Source: Hydrolagus colliei (taxonomy: Eukaryota). Taken from it: a DNA stretch of 64,000 nt. The DNA is taken from contig CM068754.1 of NCBI GenBank assembly GCA_035084275.1, positions 10,850,001 to 10,914,000 of the forward strand, read 5' to 3'. This document shows positions 1 to 12,994 of the stretch, piece by piece. Numbering within the stretch: the stretch's first letter is position 1; each line of letters opens with the position of its first letter. The notes beneath the pieces are model-generated. The model worked only from the letters and a program-made list of their open reading frames with translations, was not told where the DNA came from and did not search any database. The position numbers and the translations under genes are program-made.

Positions 1-658
1 GAAAGGCTCAGATGCTTGTCAGCAAATGGGAAGGAAGACTCAGGGGGATATCAGGTTCTGATCTCTCTTAACACACTGCAGAGATAGTGTAACAAATCTA
101 TGTCTTATTTCCATTTCATGCAAAGATTAAAAGTGACTTACTCCCTTCCATTTGAGCTCCAAAAATAGTGAGGGAGACGAGACCAATATAGAAATAGAAG
201 TCTTTGATATTCCAGAAGATATTTAATCAGTTACTCTCAATATCTCACCGTCTGGGTTTATATCCAACTAGTCCATTATACGATTCCTCACCACATTCTT
301 CAGAGAACATCTAAATACTAAAATTATACAATTTTATTCAAAAATCTGATCTTCAACTTTACAATAGCTTTTGGTACTGACTGTAGATTAATGAGTCTTA
401 AGGGAATTAACAGACCGCTGATGGATGCAGCTCCAGAGTTCAGTGCTTTGTTCTTCCCTGGTCTGTTTGTTACTATAAAGGGCAAGTTGCTCATATCATT
501 ATCTATATAAAGCACTGAGACCAAATGGCGTGAAGGGTGTTATATAAGTGTAAGTTGGTGTTTTTATATAGTCCATTTAAAACTGTAGGCATTGAACTTT
601 TGGGGAAAGAATGGCAAACAATTCAGTTCACAGTGCAATTGCCTTTGAATATTGAATG

Positions 659-770
659 AATAATAATAATCCTTGCATTTGATATAGTGCCTTATCACAT
701 CTTTGAGACATCTTTTAGAGCTTCACAGAATATATTTTAAGGTGAACTAACTGTATTTTTGTGGGCGAAA
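659..770 (-). mobile_element. 3' fragment of the tRNA-headed SINE (L2-type tail)
   Basis: (aat)n followed by ccttgcatttgatatagtgc..., the same tail as the full copies at 10356 and 18232. Confidence 0.8.
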
Positions 771-1464
771 GATTCTTTCAGCTTGCAAAACAGCATATTA
801 GAAATGATAAAGGATTGTAGGAATTGACAGCTTGTAGTGTAAATCATTGGATAGTCCCCTGCAGTTGAAGGTAAACAAAGAAAGTGAAGTGAAATCTGTT
901 GGCTAAATCAACAAGATAGCTGGAAGTATAAAGTAAGGGAAACTTCCAATAACAAGACTATTTCAGTGGAACATGAGGTGAGCGGCCTCATAATTGAACA
1001 TTCAAGTAAAACAAGTTTCTCAATGTTATTACCTTTGAGAATCATTCCACTTCAATTATGGAGTCTGAGCACTAAGGAACTCAGTTCCAGCAATCAGAGT
1101 CTGGAATCCGGGTGAACATAGGGCACAGAGTCAAGATTAAAAGGATGAATTTCTGTCTGTTTCTCTGCTGTGTTACAGTAGACCAGCTTAACAATGAAAC
1201 ATTTGGATTTATTTTCCTGATTAGCTATAAATATAGCATTTGATTTCAGATAAGGGTTTCCGTAACAGTTGGCTGGGATGGAAAACAAAGCAATAGAGTC
1301 CTTTTTTAAATAAACGTATCTTCACTTCAGAAGCTTACACAAAGGAATAAGTGATGTTTAGAAACCTACAGTTCTGCACGGTCCACCATCTTAGATTACT
1401 TTATAATAAGGTAACTCTTGCAGCAAGCTGACCTTTACTAGTTCTATGTAACCCAATTATTTCT

Positions 1465-1825
1465 ACAACAGCAACAACTTGGATTTATATAGTGCCCTCC
1501 ACGCCAGAGCGCTTCACAATAATGGATCTTGGGGCCGAACCAGGGCGGGGGGAAAAAGGTGACCAAAAGCGCAGTCGAAAAGAAAAGACTTTAGGCGCGA
1601 CCTTAAAATAGGAAAGGAGGGGGCGAGGTGAAGGGAGTGAGGAAGGGAGTTCCGGAGCCTCAGGGAGTAGTGGCTGAAGGCATGGCTGCCGATGGCGGAA
1701 CAGAGGATTTAGGGGACAAGGAGGAGGCCAGACCCTGTAGAACAAAGGCAAAGGTGTTGTTGTGAGGAGAGAGGAGGTGAGAGAGGCAGGGGGTGTGCAG
1801 AGGAGTGGAAGGATTTGAAATTGAA
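1465..1825 (-). mobile_element. L2 LINE 3' end fragment
   Basis: (caa)n tail plus cttggatttatatagtgccctccacgccagagcgct. Internal gggagtagtggctgaaggcatggctgccgatgg is the reverse complement of the copy at 63505-63793. Confidence 0.8.
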
Positions 1826-2854
1826 AGTGCATGTGGAAACACTGTATGTGTAACACTGTGGAAACGAATGGAACTCATTTTAATTGAGAGTGCAAGTACT
1901 GCAAGTAGATTACAGGCAACATTCCTTCCAGTGACTTCCAAGTCATCCTATTGGAAAGAGCAAGTCGGAAAAGTAAACACTAATCATATCAAATTCTACA
2001 GATTCACATGGGTTCCATCCATTGCCTTTGCAATTTCAAAATGGCTTGTTGCGTCCGAGCAATGCTGCGAATTTGCTTAGGAGCTTAATTGCTGTTCATT
2101 TTCATTGGACCAGAATGAAAACATTAAGTCTGAGATTATTGCAAGGTTTGGAACATTGCTAATGTAAACCACCTCCTCAGAGGCAAGCGACGCTCTGTGA
2201 AATTAACAGTTCCTTCCACGACTTCTACTGTCATCGTTACTCAGCCCATCAATGCTTTGGCATTAATGGGCTGTCAGCTGGCCCAATAGAAAAGTGCGGA
2301 CACATTTGCCCCAAATTGCAGGGGATATTTGACAGGCGTTGTGGGGGAATTGATGGGAGGTATTGAAGTACATTTTACTGACAACCTATATTATTTCCAC
2401 TTTATTGATACAAACAAAACTTGAGAAAATAACATATAAGACTGCTGTGAAAGATTTTTTTTCTTTAACAAATACTGGGTGGATCATTTGAGGGGGGTCA
2501 GGATCAGTATGGGCAGGGGGGTCGAGGGGACAGTGACATAAACTGCGCAGATCTGAAGGTCCTGGAGATCTGCTGATAAACAGACATTCAGTACATTACC
2601 CAATAGACAGGGAAGCATAATTGAATTAAATGGCAATCCCAAAACAGGTTTTAGCCCAGTAATTGCTGAATGCAGAGAGCTAAACCTTAAATAAGCAAGA
2701 CCTCCTGGTTAATGCCATGCTGGTTGGCATTTTCCTAAGTGGGTGGAGCGGAATCATCTGCATCTAATGCGACAGTGACATCTAGCAAACTAATACAATC
2801 TGGTCTAAAATTACAGAGATAGAGGTTTTATGCTCTGTGTTCTGTGACCATGCC

Positions 2855-2925
2855 ACAACAACAGCAAACCAAACTACATTTATAGAGCGTCCTTCATGGC
2901 AGGAGGACGTCCCAAGGCGCTGAAT
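2855..2925 (-). mobile_element. Short L2-type 3' tail
   Basis: (caa)n plus catttatagagcgtccttca...aggacgtcccaaggcgct, matching the tail at 18632. Confidence 0.65.
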
Positions 2926-3282
2926 GTGACAACAATGTGACGGTCGTCAATATTGGCTGCATCGGGATTGTTGTGGCTACAGGCTTCAAAACCAGGCTCA
3001 TTACAGCAACCTTAGACATTAAATACAGGATTCGGGCAGGACGCCTCAGCCTGATCAGCCTAAAGCCACAGCCTGGGAAAATCATTCCTTTTCTGCGGCA
3101 TTTAATTTTGTAGAAATGATGTGGCCAATCTCGTACGCCAAATAGTTCTCGAAATATATAGGCGGAATATCAAATTGATTTCACAGGCTGAAGGGAGCCG
3201 AGCACTAACTGCAGGTTAAAAATAAAGGAATCACACAGCTGTGCGTGTGTGTGTTTGTGCTTGTACTCAGCGAGCAACAACC

Positions 3283-3447
3283 GTAGCCATAGCAACAGGA
3301 GCCTAAATGCCACTGAGCGCTTGGAGGGTCAGGACAAAAAAAATAACACGAGGGGGAGGATGGGGGCAACAAAGCTGGCACAAAATAGCAGGGAAGTCCT
3401 TTCACTCTGGCTCTCAAGAGCCAACAGCACCAAGTTCCTATGGCAAC
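3283..3447. promoter_or_regulatory. Pair of RFX X-box motifs (GTAGCCATAGCAAC 3283-3296; GTTCCTATGGCAAC 3434-3447)
   Basis: Two 14-bp matches to the palindromic RFX consensus GTNRCCATRGCAAC (one exact, one near) about 150 bp apart in non-repeat sequence. Function untested. Confidence 0.5.
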
Positions 3448-3904
3448 ACTAATGCTTTCAAGCACCACGCACAGGAAATACAGAAACACGCCAACATTTC
3501 ATTACTAAAATGGTAAATGTATGGAGCCTATTCGTATTGTTCCATTTTTTTTTTGCTGTTGTGGATTGTAAACGCTGCTTTATGACAAAGTCGGCATTTG
3601 GTATCTTGGCATTTGATGCATCACCGAATCGCAACATCTCAATGTCCTTCACAGGATTTGACTGTAAAGTGCAATAGTGCCTGTTGACTTGTAGATAAAT
3701 GCCTACAGATTATGCCAGGAGGGAAGAAAATCTGTACAGTACCCTCCTAATTTCAGCAGTCGTGAGCTGCCACCATTATGTTTTAACGATTTTCTTTGGA
3801 ATGTGCTGCTCGTGGCCATGTGTAGTTGTGTAGTTTCCATGGTTAAAGGCACTTGTTGTAACATGCAATGACTACCAATGAATTTTACCAATGTCCACTT
3901 TGGG

Positions 3905-4030
3905 CTGACTGTTCAAGTGAACATTGAATATCACAGACATTCTTCGCAAAGAAGGGAGTTTCTCCTGGTATCCAGTCCAATAATCTCCCAGAGGGAATTT
4001 GTTTATTCACTTCAGGGCTGTTATTGAGGT
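3905..4030 (+). mobile_element. Degenerate Deu-domain SINE fragment
   Basis: aagaagggagtttctcctggtat...aataatc aligns by eye with 19690-19735. Confidence 0.55.
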
Positions 4031-6072
4031 AAAGTTTTGAGGTAAAGTATATGACAGGTTAAACAGTGGACTATACTTCCCGAGCTGAGATGTCCATTAC
4101 AAGAGGGCCAGGGCATTGAAATGAGAGCCAGGATGATTGGAATCAAGCTCAGGAAACATTTGTTCCCACACAGAATTGCCAAGTGGTAGGCTGCTCTGCC
4201 CCAGAAGGCTGTAAACTTTAATCAGTGGGTTATTTAATAAAGAGACACACACAAAAAAAAAAATCCTGGGTAGGACAGGTATCAAAGAATAAGGTAAAAG
4301 AGCATTGGGATTAAAATCTTATGAACAGATGCAAAAGGCTCGCTGGCATGAATAGCCTGCTCTTGTTCCTATAATCGTGTAATAGACAGGAGGTGTGCAA
4401 CAGAATAATCGTTGAGAAAGTTTGACCAGGATACACAATTTCAATCACAAAACAAAGTCTTCCAGTTCACAATAATTTCTCATTTTTGTGATTTTTATAT
4501 GATGCTCTTTTCTAATGATTATTGATCAGTTACTCGTCTCAGCATCATATTCTATTCCAAAAAGGAGTCATCCACAAGCAATTTATACTAAGAATATTTA
4601 TTATCATGATCTTTTGAGTCTAAAGAAATGGATACAAGGTCATCATTTGTGATATTTCAATATGAAGAAGGCAAACAGATCAACAAGTGTAAGGTATGCA
4701 GAGGAGCATCAAACCTAAAGAAATTAACCCAATATTGAACCTAAATTTGAATCCATCTAACAGTACATCTGTGCCAGGTCTTTGTTGGTTGCACTAGTTA
4801 ATAGAGGCTGCTGTCCTCCACTGCTGCAGTAAGTGCTTTTTAAAATACCTTTTTTATTATCAGATGATTAAGTCTGATTGCTGTTCAACCAATGGATATC
4901 TTGTTGCCCTTTTATGTTCCATTTTTATTTTACTTTATACGGTAGTACTTGCAGAGAATTGGTTCAGTCTGATCTTGGTTTGTGATTACATTAAGAATGA
5001 ATTGCAACTTGATTACAGTATAAGATGAGATCATTTCCAAAGCCAATTTTACAATTTTTCAACCTTTGAAAGATTTTCCAGATCTATAAAGGGCTACATT
5101 TTAGAAATCATGTTGTTAGTGTTCAATCAGTGGGACCACTGATCTTTTACTTTCTTTTTCCACAATATGAAGTACAAATATCAGGACATCTAAAGCTGTG
5201 GAATTATGCAGCAGTCATGAAGTTGTCTCTGTTAAATGTCGCCTACAGTTGCTCTGGCATGCAAAACATGGTTCTCATAAGATACTTGCATTGTTCAAAT
5301 TTATTGAATACAGTACTAAGAAAATTAACCATTCTGTCAAAGACATTTCCAAGAAGGTAGCAGTTTAATCTAAAACTTACATAGAGCATTGCCAAAGAAC
5401 ATTGAATTCAAAAAGCAATTCAATGTACTTTATGTATTTTTTAAAAAACGGTTTCTCTTTTTCTTACCCCCCTTGGGAGGAATAATATCCAAGGAAACAA
5501 GCTATTGCAAAAAACACTTTTAAAATGTTAATTGTTTATTGTACATGCAACAGTAATTGTTGCTTTAATAAAAGGAGAAAAATCTTAAGTTCCCTGGAGG
5601 CATATTATTTCCAGGCTTCACTTTTTTGTAGAAAAATAGTTATTTAATCTCTGTTTCTTTCTCTACCCTCAAGATCTCATTTTCTTCCCTGGTTATTTCC
5701 TCCTGATAGTTTTGCATTCCTCATTTTGTCTTCTCTCTGACCTGAGGTTTGGCATTCAATGTTTTGTTCGATGGCAAACCAAGCGCAAAAATACTTTGCA
5801 TCCTCTTTAAATCAAATTCGGTAAACCTGCTCAGCCAGTCAAGCAGACAAGGTCCTGGATGTGAACTCCCCTAGATGAATAAATTATTCCCTGTGGACAG
5901 TCAGTCCCATTGAGCAAACCACTTTAAAATACAGTACATGGTAGAAATGTATTCCATCTCAAACCATTAACTAATTTGGTACAGCAGTTTTCCATTAGGG
6001 GGATATAAGATGATGCAAGACTGCAGCCACTGAATCAGTTCTCAAGAAATATGAATTTTAAAATACTGTATA

Positions 6073-6775
6073 GATAATCCTTGCATTTTATACAGCTCCT
6101 CATCATGTAAAAAAAACCTCAAGGTGTTCCAGAGTTTGAAAAGATATAGGCAAATGCAGCAGAGAAGGTGCACATCTCAATGTCCCACAAATAGCAATGA
6201 AGTGAATGACCAATTTTTAATCTGTGAGACTGTTGCCCAGGGGACAAGGAATCCTTTCTCTTTCAAATAGTGCTGTGAGTCGAACCTTTGACGACCACCC
6301 AAACTGGCTGATGGGACCTCAGATTGATGTCTCATCCAAATGACTGCACCACTGACAATAATAATCCTTGGATTTGATATAGCACTTTTCACATCTTCTA
6401 GACATCTCAAAGCATTTTACAGATATATACTGTAAAATGAATATGTAAAATTACATATGTGGGTGACTTTCTTGGTCGAAAACACAGGGAAGTCCCACAA
6501 ACAGTCATGGTTTTAAATTACTAAATTATTATTGTTTTGAGGGATTATTATCACGCATGTAGAGTAAAGAAAGTTGCCCAAGGTTTCGCCCTGCCTGGAA
6601 TCGAACCCAGGTCTCTCACTTGTAAAGCTCTAACCACTGAGCTACAGATGCAGCACTCCACAATGCAGCACTCCCCCAACATTACAGAGTATCAGTCAAG
6701 AGTATGAGCTCAAAGTCCTAACAAGCAGCTTGAACCCAAAACCTTCTGAACCTGTGCCGAGAGTGCTATGAACCA
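6073..6775 (-). mobile_element. Old Deu-domain SINE (SacSINE1/AmnSINE1-like) split by a younger SINE
   Basis: Tail at 6073, Deu core (ggacctcagattgatgtctcatccaaatgactgcacc) to 6359. Resumes at about 6661 with tgcagcactccc and a tRNA-like head (cttgaacccaaaaccttctga...gagagtgcta). Confidence 0.75.
6360..6659 (-). mobile_element. Full-length tRNA-headed SINE nested in the Deu SINE
   Basis: A-box (tagctcagtggttagagc) and B-box (ggttcgattcc) on the minus strand, (aat)n tail, ACAAT on both flanks. Confidence 0.88.
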
Positions 6776-6889
6776 TGTTAGGATTGTACTTGCATCATTT
6801 TCCCTACGTAACCCAAATAGATGCATTGATTCACAAAACTGTGAGGAAATATCTTTCTTCTGTTTGATACATGCATGCAAGTAGAGATT

Positions 6890-7040
6890 TAATAATGATC
6901 CTTGCATTTGATATAACAAATTAACATGTCTTCTAGACGTGCCAAAATGCTTCACAAAATATACTGCATTTTCTTGGTCGAAAACGCAGCAGTGTCCCAC
7001 AAACGGTCGTGGATCTAGTGACTAATTGATTATTATTTTA
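6890..7040 (-). mobile_element. SINE 3' half
   Basis: Tail plus gcagcagtgtcccacaaacggtcgtggat. Confidence 0.8.
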
Positions 7041-7074
7041 AAAAAATATTTAAGGAGATAATTTATAACGAGAT

Positions 7075-7300
7075 AAGCGTGAGACCTATGTTCAAATCCA
7101 GGCAGGTCTTGGGCACGTTTCCTTACTCCACATGCCTAAGAATAATCCCTCCAAAAAAAACACAATTATACGATTGGTCATTTCAATCCACGGCTGTTTG
7201 TGGGACACTGCAATGCACAATATATTCTGTGAAGCGCTTTAAGACGTCTAGAAGATGAGAAAAGCGCTATATCAAATGCAAGAATTGTTATTATTATTAT
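7075..7300 (+). mobile_element. tRNA-headed SINE, 5'-truncated
   Basis: gagacctatgttcaaatccaggcagg...aagcgctatatcaaatgcaagaattgttattatt. Confidence 0.85.
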
Positions 7301-10300
7301 AGATAGTTGGCAGGGTTCAAATTGGGTTGTCAGAAATGTTGTTGGCTCTCCATGAATATCAAGCCACCTAAATGTTTCACAAATGAATTTCCAAAGTTAG
7401 TAGTGACTTTTATGATTTTGCAGTGTTGGATAGCACCACAGCATTTCACCAGCCAATAGCGTGAGAAGCAGCAAGCATTATAATTGAGCTGTGTGAGTTA
7501 TATACTGTATTATTCCTGAATTCTGCAGTTGTCAGAAATGGGATACCGACTTCATTAAATAGTCACATTCATCAAGCATGCCTACTCTCGTGCCTCTATT
7601 CCCTTTGATGTCACCTTCCCTTAATACTGCCAGTTCTATCATGAAAGAAATGAAAAGTTCTATTGATTTCTGGGAAGAAACAATGATTTTTTGTGGCTTT
7701 ACTCAGACACTGCGTTGAATGGGTTTTAAGCCCACTCACATCAAACTAAATGAAGATCTGAAATGAGGCAAGTTCAGTGATTCTCATCTTCCAGGAGCAG
7801 TGAATATTTTTTTTTCCACCCCAATGTGCTTTCTGCAGGAGTTACTGTTGATTCTCCAAGCAGTACTGAGTGAATTGGTGAACAGCAGATAGGACAGCAC
7901 ACACCTCATCAATTGCCCTCACTAAGAACCACTTTTACTCACGATTAATCTTTCATAACCGACTATCACAAAACAACTGTTCTTTTCTGGTTCCATTTTT
8001 TTCCCCGGAAAATATGTCAGGAAAGCATCTTATACATTGGATTGGATGTTTAGATCTGGTAACTATTTCAAAGACAAAGCCTGCCTGCCTACCATTGTTA
8101 CATAGATTGAGTGTCAGACACAAGCAATGGCAGGTTTCCAGAATGAGGAACTTCATTTCCCAAGGTGAGGAAAAGCCATGCATTATTTAATCTACAACAT
8201 CTTGTTGTGAAAAGGTGTAGATTGGTTTATGAATGCATGTTCTTGCCAGGTCCTAAACTCCACCAAACTACATCTTACATTCAGCTCCAGCTGCCATGAA
8301 CTAACTAAAAGTTCTTTCTTAGGAACATAAGAAACGCTAGACGAAAAAAAAGACCATCTAGTTTGTATTCCACCTTCCTGCTGGTCGCATGGCAGTCTTC
8401 ATATCATATCAAAATGTCACAGATTTTATGATTTCCAAGCTTATCACATTGAAGGTCACATTTTTCTTTTGATATATTTTCACTTGTCATCTTAAAGGAC
8501 TGAATAAAATGTAAAGCTGTTCCCTCAGAGCAATATGCTAAGCACATCTTATGAATTTATATTCCCAACAATCTTGCCTTTTGGTGTAAAAGTCAATTCC
8601 ATGGGAATTGTATTCTCATTGAAATCATTCTATTTTCCTCTTCAATGCAAATTTTAGCATAATTCCAATCTAATTAAGAAGTCACTTGGACACCTCAGCC
8701 AACTGGTTCCTGACAATTCTCCTTGACAAAGTCTTTTCAGTTGTATAAAAGGATATTAGATGATAGCTAAATAGATTTTTTTTAATGAATACACAGTTTG
8801 ACAACATAAGGCAACTTTTGCATATACATTTACTATAATGTGCTGCTGAATAGCTGCAAATTATTTAATTTCCTTCTTTGATGTTGTCTATTCCAAATAA
8901 ACTAACAGAATTGCTGTACTGATAGTAGTATTTTTTGCCAGATGATTGGCAATGAATATTATAAATATCCAAAAGTGATGTTGTTAATGAGAATATTTTA
9001 CTTGTATACAAGTGACCAGCACTTTCGCCATAAACAAAATCATACCACGTTGAACGTTGTCCTAAATCATAATTAAGCTGCGTCTTTAAAACTATTTTGA
9101 TGACTATTTGCAATGGCACAGAATAAATCCCTCACTGATTTTTAAAATCAAAATATGATTTTGAAATGAGATCTCTATACTCTTACACATGAAGTAGATC
9201 ACTTTCACTGCTCTCTGATTAAAGTATTGATTTGCATTACATTAGTCAGGTGTACATCTTCAACACCAGATAAATGGTGAAACTGAACAATTAGACTGAA
9301 CCATGATTAGGCTGAGCAATTTCCTGAACAAATTCTAGACTACATTTTGCCAGAAGCATTGCTCTGTCCTTAGTAGTTCATTAAAACAGAAATAATTGAA
9401 ACACTATACACCAGCAGCTTATACCTTTACTCCAATGTTCCAAAAAATTGTTACAAAGGGAATAACATTATCATAGCTAGCCAAATTTCAACAATAATTG
9501 TAATCCACTTACATCAAATCATACCTATGATTGCACAATGCTATGATGCAAGTCCCGTAGTTTAAAGAATGCAGAACTTAAGTTTATTAACTTGTATCTT
9601 CTTCATAACCTGGTTGGGTCTTTTTAAAATGAAATGAACTTATGCAGTTTACGCTTAAATAACAATGGAACTTGAACTACAACAACAAAAACTTCGCAAC
9701 GTCTCAGAGTGCTTCGACATTTTGCGACATTTTAAATTCATCAAGTAAAGTACCTGCATTCTTGGCTGTGGCAAAACAATCCCAGAGACAGTACTGTTCC
9801 ATCTGGTTAGAGTCAGCTCTGATTTGTTTACTAATTATTTGCAAATACTTTGCACTGTGATCACACAATGAATTAAGTTCAATTTAGGCAAGTATAACTG
9901 CACCTGCAATTTGTATGCAACAGAAATAAACATGCAGACATAATGATGACTACTTCAACCTTGGTGGCAATCAACCCAATTCCTTAGGTGAGATTGTAGT
10001 TAAACTGCATCCATTTAGTTAATGTGGTGAAAACATTGGCACAAGTTAACAGTATCAGTGATCTGCCACTTGTACTGTAATGATGGCTACAGGGAAATGA
10101 CTAGGATCAATTAGCTGACAGACACTAGTGACCTGTTTAGATTCACTTGTTCTTTTTCAGCTATTACAACAGATTTCAGAAATTTGAGTCCATAAATTGT
10201 TTGGCTTTTTCAAAAAAAATTAAATAGGAGGAGTTTGTGTTTATGGTTTTTCACAACTGAAGAGGGAAATAAAAATAGCATTATATTCACACAAGTTAAA

Positions 10301-10355
10301 AAATAAAAGAATATAGACTCCGATTTCTTAGCAAATGTGCTAGTGCACAGAAAAC

Positions 10356-10653
10356 ATAATAATCATCCTTGCATTTAATATAGCGCTTTTCATGTCTCCT
10401 AGAAATCTGAAATACTTCACAGAATATAGTGAATTGACTGGATATTTGTGGGTGAAACGCTGCAGCCAAGTGCACACAGTAGTGTGCCAAAAATTTGTGG
10501 ATTGGGGAACCAAATTATTATTATTTTTTCTTGAGGGATTATTATTAACTATGTGGAGTAAAGAAAACTTGCCCAAGTTTTGCCCTGTCAGGAATCGAAC
10601 CCAGGTCCCTTGCTTGCAAGGCGAATGCTCTAACCACTGAGCTACAGGACTCC
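10356..10653 (-). mobile_element. Full-length tRNA-headed SINE (about 300 bp)
   Basis: Minus strand begins GGAGTCCTGTAGCTCAGTGGTTAGAGCATTCGCCTTGCAAGC...GGGTTCGATTCC. L2-type tail. ACATA on both flanks. Confidence 0.9.
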
Positions 10654-12994
10654 ACATATAGTACACGTTCAGTATTTTGCCTTGAGGGTAGCACCCAAAG
10701 CATTTTTAACACTTCTTGACCTCTATTCTCACTATCCTGGTTTTGATTTTAATGTGATGGATGCCTCTGTCAGTGAAGAATCATCCACTGCCTAACATGA
10801 CAATTCCTTTCACTGTTTCAAATGCGTCAATCAAATCCCCTTACTCTGCTACGAGGAATAGTACCCAGTCTAGCCACTAAGCTCCTTTAGCCCATGTATT
10901 AATCTAGGGAAGCATCAGTGGACACTCTTCGAGGCTGGTTTATCTCTCCTAAAAACAATGAGTGTATAAAATCTGTTGCAGTATTACAGTGGGAATCTAG
11001 TTATATTTGCAATAGCAATCTTTTCCACACTAAAAAAAAATCAAAGGTTTACTTTCATAAAACTTTTCGATTGAGTTTACAAATCAAAGTAGGAGCTCCC
11101 AACTCCCTATTGTTTACTATCCACTAGGATTTAAGGATGCCTAGAGGCAGGCAGCATCCAAGCAGCAGCTTAACATTTTTTTATATAATGCACAAAATTC
11201 TGTAGATATTCATGAAAATTACATATCAGTGACTTCTTGAATGTTACAATCATCAACTCTTAATTTGATGGTTTGAACAGGCTAGACATTGGTTAATGTT
11301 CTAGAAATCAGTTCAATTATTTAATGTTCATTATGCACAGTGCAGCGGGATGAAGTTGTCTACCTTATAAAACATGAAAACTCATTGGCAGGTTCACAGC
11401 TGGCGCAACAAATAAAGGCATGGATGGAATTACTAACAGAACAAACACCAGGAAATGTGCATCTGCAGTGGCATGATTGAAATGAGGTGTGTAATGATTC
11501 TCAATTTGCAACTAATTAATCTTTGGCCATCGTACGTCAATTTTGAGCCCACTTTAAAATCTTTTTGCTCTTCCTGTCAGTCCCGAAGAAGTGATGCGCT
11601 GTTCAAGTGAAACAATGTAATTAGTTTTGTGGTATAGAAATTACGTTTCACTTTTCAGAACAAAACCAAGATCCAGTCGATTGCTATCAATTTTTAAGCT
11701 AACTAATCAAATTACTTGGCCTGTGCTTTTAAAAGGCTTTTTTTCTAAATTTATATTATCTACCAATTGAATATAATAACTAAACACAGAAGAAACCAAC
11801 AGAATGAACCATTGCTAATGCGAATTTCCCCAAATTTCCCCAAACACAACTTTAAAGAAACATTTTTACATTTCCTAGTTTGGACACCTCAACTCATAAG
11901 CTTATGTGCACGGAAAGAAAAGATATTCATAAATTATTCACGGACTTAATCAAAAAGGACACAAAGACTAATTAATAATTAATATTCTTTTATCACCGGG
12001 AATAATTTGAGAAAATAGTTAAATCCCTACTGACATGTCCAACAAACAGGCATTGTTTGTGGCATTGTTTCCTTTCTCGACTCAAGGCACAGCGTTTCCT
12101 CCACTCTCTTTGAATCCAGCCACACAAGCTAGATCACTCGACCTTCAAGTCATTGCCTTCGAAATAAGCGAAACCAATCCGATTTAAACCCTTCACAATA
12201 ATTATTGGTGCACAATGGTCCCCATCAGCCAGGGAATTAATTCACAATAATCACTGAGGGGGAGTCACAAAGTAATTGGAAAATAATGATGATCAGTATC
12301 TTTGTGCAGATCATTGTGGCTCTAATACACTTTTATGAACATCCTGTACTATAATATTAGTTGAATACACTGTTGTATAATACAATGGGTAGCTATTGTG
12401 TAAGCAGTCAGTTTCTGACAGTATTAGATTATGTGCATTGTTCATTTTGGTATCAGGCAAGCGTTGGCAGAGGAGATAGAGATGACTCGGGACATGCAGC
12501 AGTAATAGCTAACAGGAGGGGTTTACCTAAAGCTATGGTAACAGAAATAACCAGTGAAGCTTGGTTTGCATTGCACTATTTTATTGATCATCGCTCTTGG
12601 ATAATCAAAACTGAAGGAACCTTTCTTATCTCTCGCCTTGAGAGGCACACACTCCACGTGAGATGACATTATGTGTCCATCACTTTTGCTGCAACACAGA
12701 TGAGAATACTTGTTCAAGCATCAAACCTGTCGCCTGACAAACCAGCTCCCATCACTGCCTCGAAATTATAACCTTGTTAATACACGTTTGAGAAATCCAT
12801 GCAACCAAGGATTATGACCCAACACTCGACTTTCTGTGCTGCTGACAGGAGCCCCTTGAAGGTTAATCCTTGGGTAGATGTCAGAATTATGCACATGGTC
12901 ACCCAGCAGCTGTTCTCGGGAACACGACTGTGTAACTCGCAGGTGTAGCAAGCAACAGTTGTTTGTGGCTGCAGAGTTTGTCAAGGTGGATCAC

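Noticed and set aside
10575-10653. tRNA-like sequence with A and B boxes (also at about 6590, 13000, 16440 and 18235)
   Set aside because: Each runs into the same SINE body and tail and lacks a proper acceptor stem. These are SINE heads, not tRNA genes.
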